Shown here piece by piece: positions 19,308 through 28,778 of a stretch of 64,000 nt of DNA. Below the pieces are notes generated by a model. The model had not been told where the DNA came from. It made no database searches and worked only from the letters and a program-made list of their open reading frames with translations. The position numbers and the translations under genes were made by a program. The stretch is from NCBI GenBank assembly GCA_963743305.1, contig CAVUPH010000014.1:128001-192000 (forward strand), in the 5' to 3' direction. How positions within the stretch are numbered: position 1 is the first letter of the stretch; each line of letters opens with the position of its first letter. The DNA is from an uncultured delta proteobacterium (GTDB taxonomy: Bacteria > Desulfobacterota > RBG-13-43-22).

Positions 19308-19487
19308 TTCGGATCCTATTTCGGAGATGAAAGGCCTGGCCTCGGACATAGCTTTGCTGCCGGTTAGCGGGACCTATGTCATGACCGCCGAGGAAGCTGT
19401 CGAGGCGGCGGCGGCCATCCAGCCCAAGGTGGCATACCCATGCACGTCGGGGAAGGGATCGGGTCCCTGGCCTACGTCTAGCGGTTT
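19308..19487 (+). repeat. Degenerate duplicate of the MBL gene 3' region (15721-15901)
   Basis: EMKGLA.D.ALLPVSGTYVMTAEEAVEAAAAIQPKVA with near-identical DNA. Confidence 0.92.
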
Positions 19488-19491
19488 GATG

Positions 19492-19588
19492 AAAATCCCC
19501 CCCCCGCCCCCCTTTTTCTAAGGTGGGAGCCAAAGGCCTTCTTCCGCAAGATCCCTCCCTTTATAAAAGGGAGGTTGGGAGGGATTTT
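19492..19588. repeat. REP-like palindromic element
   Basis: AAAATCCCCC..CCCCCTTTT / AAAAGGGAGG..GGGATTTT. Confidence 0.6.
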
Positions 19589-19860
19589 TGAAAAAATTGA
19601 AAAAGGGTAAATTAATACCAATAAGGTTATTTTCGTATTAAACCCCCTTACAGAGGTCAACGATTTCCCCTGGAGTCTCCTCCGAGATCCTCCAGGTGTC
19701 TAGGGTTGCCGGCCAGGTCAGTAATCCCGCTGTTAATTTTGCCGATACTATTCTTCATCAGGTCACATTGAGAAAGAGTCGCCAGCGTCCTTTGGGCAGG
19801 AGATCGGAATAGATCACATACCGCACCGGGTTATGGAGATCGGCTATACGGGATTTGAGC

Positions 19861-21051
19861 TCACGAATTTCCGCCGGGGACAGGTCCTCGTCCTGGTTCA
19901 GATTCTTCATTTAAAATCGAAAGATACTTCCTATAGGCATAAATACGATTTCTTTTTTTACCGGTTAATTCTTCGATCAGCCCGAGACCGCCTAAACCTG
20001 CCAGGGCTTTATTGACCGTATTCGGGACCAGCTTCGTTTTAGCGGTCAGGGATCGGATGGATTGGATGGGGGAGTCCAGAAAGGCCTGGTGGACCATTCC
20101 TGCGGTCCCGGCCAGGCGACCCAGTCCCAGGGTTTTTTTTCGATCGGCTTCGGCCAAATTGATTAAACGTCCGGCGGTATCGGTACTTTGGGAGGCCGTA
20201 AAACGGACGGCCTCACTGAAAAAGCCGAGCCAGCCCTCCCAATCGCCTTCGGTTCTGACACGCTGCAATTGTTCATAATATTCATCCCGGCGGCTTTTGA
20301 AATAAAGGCTGAGATATAACAAGGGTTTTGACAGGATTTTTTCAGTGCATAAAATCAAGGTTATTAAAAGGCGGCCCAATCGGCCGTTTCCATCCAGAAA
20401 GGGATGGATCGTTTCAAACTGGACATGGGACAATCCGGCTTTAACCAGCGCAGGGGTTTTGTTGGGGCGGTCGTTCAAAAAAAGCTCCAGATCTCCCATC
20501 AAAGGCAATAATTCGCCGGGGGGAGGCGGCACATAAACGGCGTTGCCGGGACGACTGCCACCTATCCAATTCTGGCTGGACCTGAACTCACCGGGTTGAC
20601 GATGGGCGCCCCGCCCCTCAGATAATAGCATTTTGTGTATTTCCTTGATCAGCCGCAGGGAAATCGGAAAGCCGTTATTAAGTTGATCCAATCCATGGTT
20701 CAAGGCGGCTACATAACGGGAGACCTCCCGGACATCTTCCAGGGGAACTCCTGGAACCTCGTCAATCTCAAACAGAAGCAAATCGGCCAGGGAGGATTGG
20801 GTCCCCTCAATCTGTGAAGAAAGAACCGCCTCCTTGCGAATATAAAGGTATAATAACAAGTCGGTATCCGGCAAAAATGAAGCGGCGCTGTCCAGTCGGC
20901 CAAGGGCGAGAAGGGCTTGGTCAAGACCTTCCCTTAACTTATCACCGATTTTTAAGGGTGGATCAGGGGGAAGGGGTTTAGGAATAAAGGCTTTGACGGT
21001 TTCACCTACGGTACTAACCGGGATAAAATGGCCTGTTAGACGCTTTTTCAT
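19861..21051 (-). CDS. Fic family protein with C-terminal wHTH
   Basis: EAVLSSQIEGT, HPFLDGNGRLGR. Confidence 0.93.
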   Translation of the reverse strand: MKKRLTGHFIPVSTVGETVKAFIPKPLPPDPPLKIGDKLREGLDQALLALGRLDSAASFLPDTDLLLYLYIRKEAVLSSQIEGTQSSLADLLLFEIDEVPGVPLEDVREVSRYVAALNHGLDQLNNGFPISLRLIKEIHKMLLSEGRGAHRQPGEFRSSQNWIGGSRPGNAVYVPPPPGELLPLMGDLELFLNDRPNKTPALVKAGLSHVQFETIHPFLDGNGRLGRLLITLILCTEKILSKPLLYLSLYFKSRRDEYYEQLQRVRTEGDWEGWLGFFSEAVRFTASQSTDTAGRLINLAEADRKKTLGLGRLAGTAGMVHQAFLDSPIQSIRSLTAKTKLVPNTVNKALAGLGGLGLIEELTGKKRNRIYAYRKYLSILNEESEPGRGPVPGGNS

Positions 21052-21090
21052 GGTGAATCCTTACTGCAGAATTTGAAATAAGTTGGAGTA

Positions 21091-21122
21091 TTATTGCACG
21101 AAAGACTTGTATCGTGCAATAA
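21091..21122. promoter_or_regulatory. Putative operator upstream of fic
   Basis: Perfect 11-bp inverted repeat TTATTGCACGA-N10-TCGTGCAATAA. Confidence 0.5.
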
Positions 21123-21160
21123 AATTGGCCGGGGAAAAGGGCGTCTGGACTAGTGAGACC

Positions 21161-21190
21161 CTGGATCCCGGATCGAGCCTGGGATGTCGA
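21161..21190. repeat. REP-like palindrome
   Basis: CTGGATCCCGGATCGAGCCTGGGATG, inverted relative of 25951-25978. Confidence 0.55.
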
Positions 21191-21257
21191 CTAAAAACAA
21201 AAGCCAAATAGGCTCAGACCTTGTCGGGGTCATCCTCTTTTTGAGCGGCATCCTCCG

Positions 21258-21689
21258 CTAAGGCTCGTCGAGCTTCTTAATTCGAGCGACATGCCGACCA
21301 GCCTCAAACGGCGTCGAGAGCCAGACATCGACGATCGTCAAGACGTGCTGCTCCGGCACCAGGCGCTGCCCGAGGGAGAGGATGTTCGCGTCGTTGTGCG
21401 CCCTGGACAGCCGGGCCGACTCCTCATCCCACGAGACGGCACAACGCACGCCGCGAATCCGATTGGCGGCCATGGCCTCGCCGTTACCGGAGCCCCCGAA
21501 GATGATTCCGCGTTCCAGTTGGCCCTGGGCGACGGCCAACGCGCAAGGGCGAATGAAATCGGGATAGTCAACCGGCTCTTCCGAGTTGGTGCCGAAGTCC
21601 CGCACCTGATGACCCAGGCGGCGCAAATGCTCCGCGACGAGCGTCTTATACCGAAACCCCGCATGATCGGCAGCAACCCCGATGCGCAT
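21258..21689 (-). CDS. rpiB: Ribose-5-phosphate isomerase B family
   Basis: ADHAG, VDYPD, GGSGNGE, HNDANIL, GRH..RI. Confidence 0.9.
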   Translation of the reverse strand: MRIGVAADHAGFRYKTLVAEHLRRLGHQVRDFGTNSEEPVDYPDFIRPCALAVAQGQLERGIIFGGSGNGEAMAANRIRGVRCAVSWDEESARLSRAHNDANILSLGQRLVPEQHVLTIVDVWLSTPFEAGRHVARIKKLDEP

Positions 21690-21842
21690 AGCTCACCTCC
21701 TGACCGCCCAACATAGACTATTAAGACAGTTGGCTGCAAATGAAATGGTAGTCAATTAAAAGCGGAAACAAGAGAAATCCTTTCTGGTGGTTCGAAACTC
21801 GCTGATTCGGTAATTTTTGTTCTCGGGTCAAAAGGATAGGCT

Positions 21843-21869
21843 TGGATTCCCGCCTGCACAGGAATGACG
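21843..21869. repeat. dRS3/REP-like palindrome
   Basis: GGATTCCCGCCTGCACAGGAATGACG. Confidence 0.5.
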
Positions 21870-22080
21870 AAATGATATGTATTTTCAAAATCTTACGAAT
21901 TTAGCCCCTGCCCTTCTCCTTAAAAAATTGACTTTGCCCCTTTAATCCCATTATATTCAAGACATTTTATGAGAAATCTGTAAGCGACCCGTTTATTCCT
22001 CTCGCCCGTTCCCTCCGATTACTTGAACGCTCAGAATGGCAGAGAGACCTTTTTTCGAACTTCGTCAGGGCAGACAAAAA

Positions 22081-25073
22081 ATGACCAAACGATTAGAGAT
22101 TACCTTAAAGCCCGAGCTAAAGGACCCCGAGGGGGAAAACCTGCGGAAAAAGGCCCGAAATTATCTGGGCTTGACCCTGGAGGAGGTCCGCACCCTCCAG
22201 GTGCTGACCTTTGACACCTCGCTGACGGATGAGCAGTTGGAAGACGTCCGGGTCCGAATTTTTACCAATCCGGTAACCCAGGTTTCCTCCTTTGAACCGC
22301 TGGCCAAGGATTTTGACTGGCTCATCTGGATCGGTTTTTTGCCCGGGGTGCGGGACAATGCCGGCAGCACGGCCCGGGAAGCCGTCGAAGCCCTGCTGGG
22401 AATCAGCCTCCCGGAAGGGGAAGCCATTTATACCTCCCGGCAATATCAACTGAAGGCCCCGCGCTTGAAGAAAAGGCAGGTGGAAAATATCGCCCGGGAG
22501 TTGCTGGCCAATGACCTGATCCAGCAGTGGAAGCTTTTTCAGCGGTCCGACTGGGACCCGGAAGCCGGGATCGGTTGGCCTGTCTCCAAGGTCGCCCTCC
22601 GGCACCAGCCCTCGGTTTCAGTGATCCCGGTGGATTCCCTGGACTTCCTGCTAAAGATCAATAAAGAACGGTCCTGGGCCCTGCCGGCCGGGGATTTGAA
22701 AGTCATTCAAGCCTACTTCAACAAGCCGGAGGTCCAGGCGGCCCGAAAAGCCGTGGGCCTTTCGCAGCCCACCGACGTAGAGCTGGAATACATCTCCCAG
22801 GCCCGGAGCGATCATTGCAACCACAATACTTTTCAGGGCCTTTTTAAGTACCGGGATCTGGATACGGGAGAAGAAGTCCTGATTGATAATCTTTTCAAAA
22901 CCTTTATCGAGGCCCCGACCCTGCAAATCCAAAGGGAAAAAGACTGGGTGGTCTCGGTCCTCTGGGACAATGCCGGCGTGGCCCGCTTTGACGAAGAGCA
23001 CCATTACGTGATTACGGCTGAGACCCATAACAGTCCTTCCAATATGGAACCCTATGGCGGTTCCCTGACCGGGATCGTGGGCGTTTACCGGGACCCCCTG
23101 GGCACGGGCAAGGGCTCGAAGCTCATCATGGGCAGTTACGGGTTCTGCGTCGGCCCGCGGGATTACTCCGGGCCGCTTTCACCCCGCCTGCATCCCCGAC
23201 GGCTTTTGGACGGGATCATCGAAGGGGTCCGGGACGGGGGGAACAAGAGCGGGATCCCCACTCCTTTCGGACAGGTCTTTTTCCATCCCGGGTATTTAGG
23301 GAAATGCCTGGTTTTTGTGGCCGCCCTGGGTTTCATGCCGGCCCACATCAACGGGGAGCCCAGCGACCGGAAACGCACCGAACCGGGAGACCTGATCGTC
23401 ATGTGCGGCGGGCGGGTGGGCAAAGACGGGATCCACGGCGTCACCGCCTCCTCGGAGGTCTACAGCGCCGACACCCCGGCCGGTCACGTCCAGATCGGCG
23501 ACCCCTACACCCAGAAAAAAATGCACGATTTTCTGCTGGAGGCCCGGGACGAGGGGCTGATTACCTACCTCACCGACAACGGAGGCGGTGGATTGTCTTC
23601 CTCGGTGGGAGAATCGGCCCGATTCAGCAACGGCTGCGAGGTTTATCTGGACCGGGTGCCTCTGAAGTATGACGGGCTGGATCAATGGGAAATCTGGGTC
23701 TCCGAATCCCAGGAACGGATGACCGTGGGCCTGAAACCGGGATTCTGGGAAAAGTTCCAGGCCCTGGCCCGAAAGCATGACGTGGAAACCACGGTCATCG
23801 GCCGTTACACCGACTCCGGAAAAGTGCATCTCCTTTATCGAGACCGAACCTGCGGTTACGTGGACCTGGATTTTTTAAAGAGCGATTTCCCCCAATGGGT
23901 TTTTGAAGCGGAATGGCAGCCCCGGAAAAACGGGGATTTTATGAACCGGTTTTTCAGGAACCGGCGGATTACGAAGCCCTCCTGAAAGACCTGTTCTCCC
24001 GGCCCAATATCGCCTCTAAAAACTGGATCGCCCGTCAGTACGATCACGAGGTCCAGGGTGGCAGCGTCCTTAAGCCTCTGGTCGGCAAATACCGGGATAT
24101 CCCGGGCGACGCGGTGGTCTTACGGCCTTACCTCCCCTCCCGGCGCGGCCTGGCTTATACTCAGGCCCTCAACCCGACCTACTCGGCCTTGGATACCCGG
24201 GCCATGGTCGCCGTGACCATCGACGAGGCCGTCCGCCGGCTGCTGGTGGTGGGGGCCGACCTGGAGCAGATCGGGGGAGTGGATAATTTCTGCTGGCCGG
24301 CCATCCAGTACCACGCCCAAGAGAATCCGGATGGGAAGCTGAAGGCCGCTCAACTGGTGCGGGCCAATCAGGCCCTGAAGGAAGTCTGCCTCCATTTCGG
24401 TATCCCCCTGCTGTCCGGCAAAGACAGCATGTACGTGGATGGTTATATCCAGGGGCCTTACGGGGAAGCCCACCGGGTTTCCGGCCTGCCGACCCTGCAG
24501 TTCACCGCCACCGGCGTGGTGGCGGATGTGGTCCAGTGCCTGTCCCTGGATTTTAAATTTCCCGGAGATCTCATCTATATATTAGGGGAGACCCGGGACG
24601 AACTGGGAGGATCCGAGTATTATGAAATGATGGGCTATGTCGGTCTTCAGGTGCCCCGCTTCCGTGGGGATAAGGAGAGAGAGCATTACCGGGTCCTCCA
24701 GGAGGCCATCGGCCAAGGCCTGGTCTCGGCGGCTCACGGGGTTTATCGGGGCGGACTGGGGATCCATCTGATCCTCATGGCCCTGGCCGGGGACTTGGGC
24801 CTGGAAATGGATCTGTCGCGCGTCCCGGCTTCGCCCAACCTCCGACCGGACAAACTATTGTTTTCCGAGACCTGCGGGCGGGTTATCCTGACAGTGGACC
24901 CGCAGAAGCAGGAGGCCTTTGAAGACTTGATGGCCGGTTGTATCTGCCGATCGGTGGGGGAGGTGACCAAGACCCGGCGGGTGGTATTCACCCAAGAAGG
25001 GCAAAACCTGATTAGAACAAGATTGAAAAACTTTCGGGCCGCCTTCCACCGGCCCTTCGGAGATTTGGTATGA
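22081..25073 (+). CDS. purL: FGAM synthase subunit PurL, frameshift near 23930
   Basis: SDHCNH, ETHNSPS, GKDGIHG, DNGGGG, SESQERM, QYDHEVQ, LSGKDS. Confidence 0.93.
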
Positions 25074-25915
25074 ACGGTCCACGGGCGTTGGTCTTAACCG
25101 GATACGGGCTGAATTGCGACTGGGAAACTCAGCATAGCCTGACCCTGGCCGGGTTCCAGGCGGAACGGGTCCACATCAGCCAGTTGATCGCTTCTCGAGA
25201 GGATCGGAATAAAGTCAACCTTCAGGACTATCACCTCCTGGCCCTGGATGGCGGCTTCAGTTGGGGAGACGATCACGGAGCCGGGGTTATTCTGGCCGCC
25301 CGGCTCAAGTATACCTTGCAGGAAGACCTGGAGGCCTTTATCTCTGCCGGTAAATTGATCATCGGTATCTGTAACGGCTTTCAGGGCATGGTCAACCTGG
25401 GGCTGCTGCCCGGTTTCGCCGGCGATTATGGGAAAAGATTAGTGGCTTTGATCGCCAATGAGGGTGGAAATTTCCGGAACGACTGGGTGCGGCTGCGGGC
25501 CAATCCGGATTCTCCCTGTATTTTTACCCGGGGAATTGAAAAAATTGAACTGCCTATCCGCCATGGAGAAGGCCGGTTTTATGCGCCTCCCGAAGTGCTG
25601 GAGCAACTGGTGGCCGGGCAGCAGGTCGCCCTGTCCTATGCCCTGCCGGCGGGAGAAAAGGCCCAGGGCCATTTCCCGGAAAATCCCAACGGCTCCTTGC
25701 TGGATATCGCCGGGATTTGCGACCCCAGCGGGCGCATTTTCGGGTTGATGCCCCATCCGGAGGCCTTCCATCATTGGACCAACCATCCTCGCTGGACGCT
25801 GATCAAAGAAGCGTTGCGGCGGGATGGAAAAAGTCTGGAAAAAGAGGAAGGCCAGGGCCTGCGCCTTTTCAAGAACGCCGCCGAATATGTGCGTCGGAAT
25901 TTATTAGGTGAGTAA
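25070..25915 (+). CDS. purQ: FGAM synthase glutaminase subunit
   Basis: GGFSWGD, GICNGFQ, HGEG, NPNGS, MPHPE. Confidence 0.95.
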   Translation: MNGPRALVLTGYGLNCDWETQHSLTLAGFQAERVHISQLIASREDRNKVNLQDYHLLALDGGFSWGDDHGAGVILAARLKYTLQEDLEAFISAGKLIIGICNGFQGMVNLGLLPGFAGDYGKRLVALIANEGGNFRNDWVRLRANPDSPCIFTRGIEKIELPIRHGEGRFYAPPEVLEQLVAGQQVALSYALPAGEKAQGHFPENPNGSLLDIAGICDPSGRIFGLMPHPEAFHHWTNHPRWTLIKEALRRDGKSLEKEEGQGLRLFKNAAEYVRRNLLGE

Positions 25916-25950
25916 ATCCGAACGCCGCTTTTGGGCTTTTGTTTTTTTCC

Positions 25951-25978
25951 GTCATCCCGGACTCGATCCGGGATCCAG
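25951..25978. repeat. REP-like palindrome
   Basis: GTCATCCCGGACTCGATCCGGGATCCAG. Confidence 0.65.
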
Positions 25979-26070
25979 GTTTCTGACCAACTTTTCTTTT
26001 CATGCTTCGGGGTGCCGATTCGGGCCTGGGGGTTAATACGAAAATTGAATCGGATGAGGAATCCTAACCA

Positions 26071-26718
26071 TTGTTTGTCACCTTTGAAGGAATAGAAGGT
26101 TCCGGTAAAACCACCCAGATCAAGCGACTGCGAAAGGTCCTGAGAGAGCGGGGCTTGTCCTGCCTGGTGACCCGGGAACCGGGGGGAACGGCCATCGGAA
26201 AGCAGATCCGAACAATTTTGCTGGATCAGCGCAACAAAAGCATCCAGCCGAAAACGGAGCTGTTCCTTTACTTGGCCGACCGCTGTCAGCATGTGGCCGA
26301 AAAAATCCAACCGGCGCTCATCCGGGGGGATTGGGTGATCTGCGACCGTTTTTGGGATGCTACGCTGGTTTACCAGGGCTTGGCCCGGGGACTGAACCTG
26401 AGGACCCTGGAAAAGCTACGCCCCCTGGTATTGAATTCCCTGGTTCCGGACCTGACCTTTTTGCTGGACTGTCCGGTCACTATCGGCCTGCCTCGGGCCT
26501 GGAAAAGAATCCAGCGGTCCGCTCAGGGCCTGCGGGAGTCCCGCTTTGAAGAAGAGGCCCAGGCCTTTCACGAAAAAATCCGGCAGGGGTATTTGGTTCT
26601 GGCCCGGCGGGAACCCCGGCGCTTCCGGGTTCTGGACGCCACCCATCTCCCTGAAAAGATTCACCAGGAAATCCAGTGTCATCTTTTTCCAAAGGACCCC
26701 GGCACCCATGTCTTTTAA
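26071..26718 (+). CDS. tmk: Thymidylate kinase
   Basis: FEGIEGSGKTTQ, TREPGGT, CDRF, YQG. Confidence 0.95.
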   Translation: MFVTFEGIEGSGKTTQIKRLRKVLRERGLSCLVTREPGGTAIGKQIRTILLDQRNKSIQPKTELFLYLADRCQHVAEKIQPALIRGDWVICDRFWDATLVYQGLARGLNLRTLEKLRPLVLNSLVPDLTFLLDCPVTIGLPRAWKRIQRSAQGLRESRFEEEAQAFHEKIRQGYLVLARREPRRFRVLDATHLPEKIHQEIQCHLFPKDPGTHVF

Positions 26719-27709
26719 AGACATTCAAGGACAAGAGCGGGCTATCGGACTGCTGCGGCGGGCCTTGGACCGGGACAAAGTCCACCATGCCTACCTGTTT
26801 ACCGGTCCGGACGGGATCGGGAAAAAAAAGACGGCCCTGGAAATGGCCAAGGCCTTGAATTGTCTGCAGCCGGGCTCGGATGGAGGCTGCGACTCTTGCG
26901 CTTCCTGTCTGAAAATAGGAAAAAATTGCCATCCGGACCTGGTGCATCTGAAACCGGAAAAAAATCAGATCACGATTGATCAAATTCGGGAACTGGAGGA
27001 ACAAGTGGCCTATCCGCCCTATGGAGGCCGGTATCGTCTGATCCTCCTCGATAAAGCGTCGGACTTGAATGTCTGGGCCGCCAACGCCTTTTTGAAAACC
27101 CTGGAGGAACCGCCGTCCGGAAATATTTTTGTCCTTTTGGTCAATGATCCGGGCGAACTCTTGCCCACCCTGGTTTCCCGGTGCCTGCGGCTTACTTTCA
27201 GCCCTCTCTCCCTGGACCTGATCAACCGAAAATTGATCACGGATCTGGGATCAGACCCCGAAAAAGCTCTGGTCATCAGCCGTGCCTCCGGGGGAAGTTT
27301 GGGTCGGGCCTGTCATCTGTTCGAGAAATTTTCGGAAGAGAAATCCTGGGATAAGAATTTGGAATCCTGGCTGCGGCAGTTGGAGTCCCTTCCCCTGGGT
27401 CGCCTGTCCCCCTTAATCGAAGGGGTGAAGGATTGGCTGGGTTCCCGGGAGCAGATGCAGGAGGCCCTGGAAATCGGCAGTACCTGCTTACGGGATATCC
27501 TCTGGTTCCGTAACGGCTTGGACGAACTCGTTTTTCTCCCGACCAAATATAAGGAAAGGCTTAAGGGCCTGGCCTTTCGCTGCCCGGAAAAAACCTGGCT
27601 CAAGGGCTACGACCTGATTACCCAGGCCGCCCAGGATCTCCTTCGGCAGGTCAACCCCCAATTGACCTGGGAAATGCTCTGGATCAACATGGCCCGGGCA
27701 GCTCACTGA
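26708..27709 (+). CDS. holB: DNA polymerase III delta-prime subunit
   Basis: HAYLFTGPDGIGK, zinc motif, ANAFLKTLEEP, SRC; follows tmk. Confidence 0.93.
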   Translation: MSFKDIQGQERAIGLLRRALDRDKVHHAYLFTGPDGIGKKKTALEMAKALNCLQPGSDGGCDSCASCLKIGKNCHPDLVHLKPEKNQITIDQIRELEEQVAYPPYGGRYRLILLDKASDLNVWAANAFLKTLEEPPSGNIFVLLVNDPGELLPTLVSRCLRLTFSPLSLDLINRKLITDLGSDPEKALVISRASGGSLGRACHLFEKFSEEKSWDKNLESWLRQLESLPLGRLSPLIEGVKDWLGSREQMQEALEIGSTCLRDILWFRNGLDELVFLPTKYKERLKGLAFRCPEKTWLKGYDLITQAAQDLLRQVNPQLTWEMLWINMARAAH

Positions 27710-27763
27710 TTTTTCACTTATAAAATTTTAGTTCCTATCGTATAATAAACTTAAGGACTCTAA

Positions 27764-28609
27764 GTGGCTTTTATGGAAAAGGAATCCTTAAAAATAGTCG
27801 GAGTCCGGTTTCAACAGGCGGGCTGTATCTATGATTTCGATTGCGGACACTTCGTGATGAAATCCGGAGATAAGGTAATCGTTAAGACGGAACAGGGCTT
27901 GGGTCTGGGGAAAGTGGTCCGGGGTCCCTTCAAGGTCGATCCGCCCGAGGGGGGACGCGAGTTCAAAAAAATATTCCGCATGGCCCACGCCGAGGACCTG
28001 GCCCAATACGATAAGATCCGGGAGCGCGAGAAAGAGGCCTTCCGTTTTTGCCTGGAGCGCATCCGGGAACGGAACCTGCAAATGAAACTGGTCCGGGTCG
28101 AATGTTTTTTCGACGGCAGCAAGGTCATCTTCTATTTTACCGCGGACGGCCGCGTGGATTTTCGGGAATTGGTGAAAGACCTGGTTCATCGTTTTCATAC
28201 CCGGATCGAAATGCGTCAAATCGGGGTGCGCAACGAGGCCAAGATGATCGGCGGTTTGGGCCCCTGCGGGCGGGAGTTATGTTGCGCTTCGTTCCTGCCG
28301 GATTTCGCGGCCGTTTCGGTCAAGATGGCCAAAGAGCAGAATCTACCCCTGAACCCCACCAAAATATCTGGAATTTGCGGCCGCTTGATGTGCTGCCTGA
28401 CCTATGAGTATGAAACGTATCAGCAACTGAAAAAGGATTTTCCCAAGATCGGCAAAACCATTATGAGCCCACTGGGACCGGTGAAAGTGCTGAGACAAAA
28501 CGTGATGGAAGGAACGATTCTGGCGGAAACGGCCCAGCGAGAGGAAAAGATCATCAAGGTCTCCGAACTCACCCCGGGGGTTGCCGAAGCCAAAAAGGAC
28601 AAGGGTTGA
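27764..28609 (+). CDS. ricT: PSP1/RicT (YaaT) family protein
   Basis: RVDFRELVKDL, CGRELCC, KISGICGRLMCCL. Confidence 0.92.
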   Translation: MAFMEKESLKIVGVRFQQAGCIYDFDCGHFVMKSGDKVIVKTEQGLGLGKVVRGPFKVDPPEGGREFKKIFRMAHAEDLAQYDKIREREKEAFRFCLERIRERNLQMKLVRVECFFDGSKVIFYFTADGRVDFRELVKDLVHRFHTRIEMRQIGVRNEAKMIGGLGPCGRELCCASFLPDFAAVSVKMAKEQNLPLNPTKISGICGRLMCCLTYEYETYQQLKKDFPKIGKTIMSPLGPVKVLRQNVMEGTILAETAQREEKIIKVSELTPGVAEAKKDKG

Positions 28610-28616
28610 TCAACTA

Positions 28617-28773
28617 TGACGGACTCGCAAAAAGTCCGTCAGCAGCCCGAGCGCGATTAAGCGCCGGGCTGGGGTAGGGGTGGAACCATTTGAATTCACT
28701 TCAAATGGCGGGGGAGGGGAAACCATCCCCCGCCGAGCAGAAAGTCGTTTTTTGACTTTTTGCGAGGTCATCA
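28617..28773 (-). mobile_element. 157-bp MITE, copy 2 (inverted)
   Basis: Reverse complement of 5930-6086; TSD ACTA. Confidence 0.88.
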
Positions 28774-28778
28774 ACTAT

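Noticed and set aside
1-21700. Complete integron or prophage
   Set aside because: No tyrosine recombinase, attI or phage structural genes in the window
23913-23985. Programmed frameshift or true split of purL
   Set aside because: Break lies in a short A-run and similar indels are widespread; more likely a sequencing error
28680-28778. N-terminal extension of MetG
   Set aside because: It is translated MITE sequence; the real start is ATG 28779
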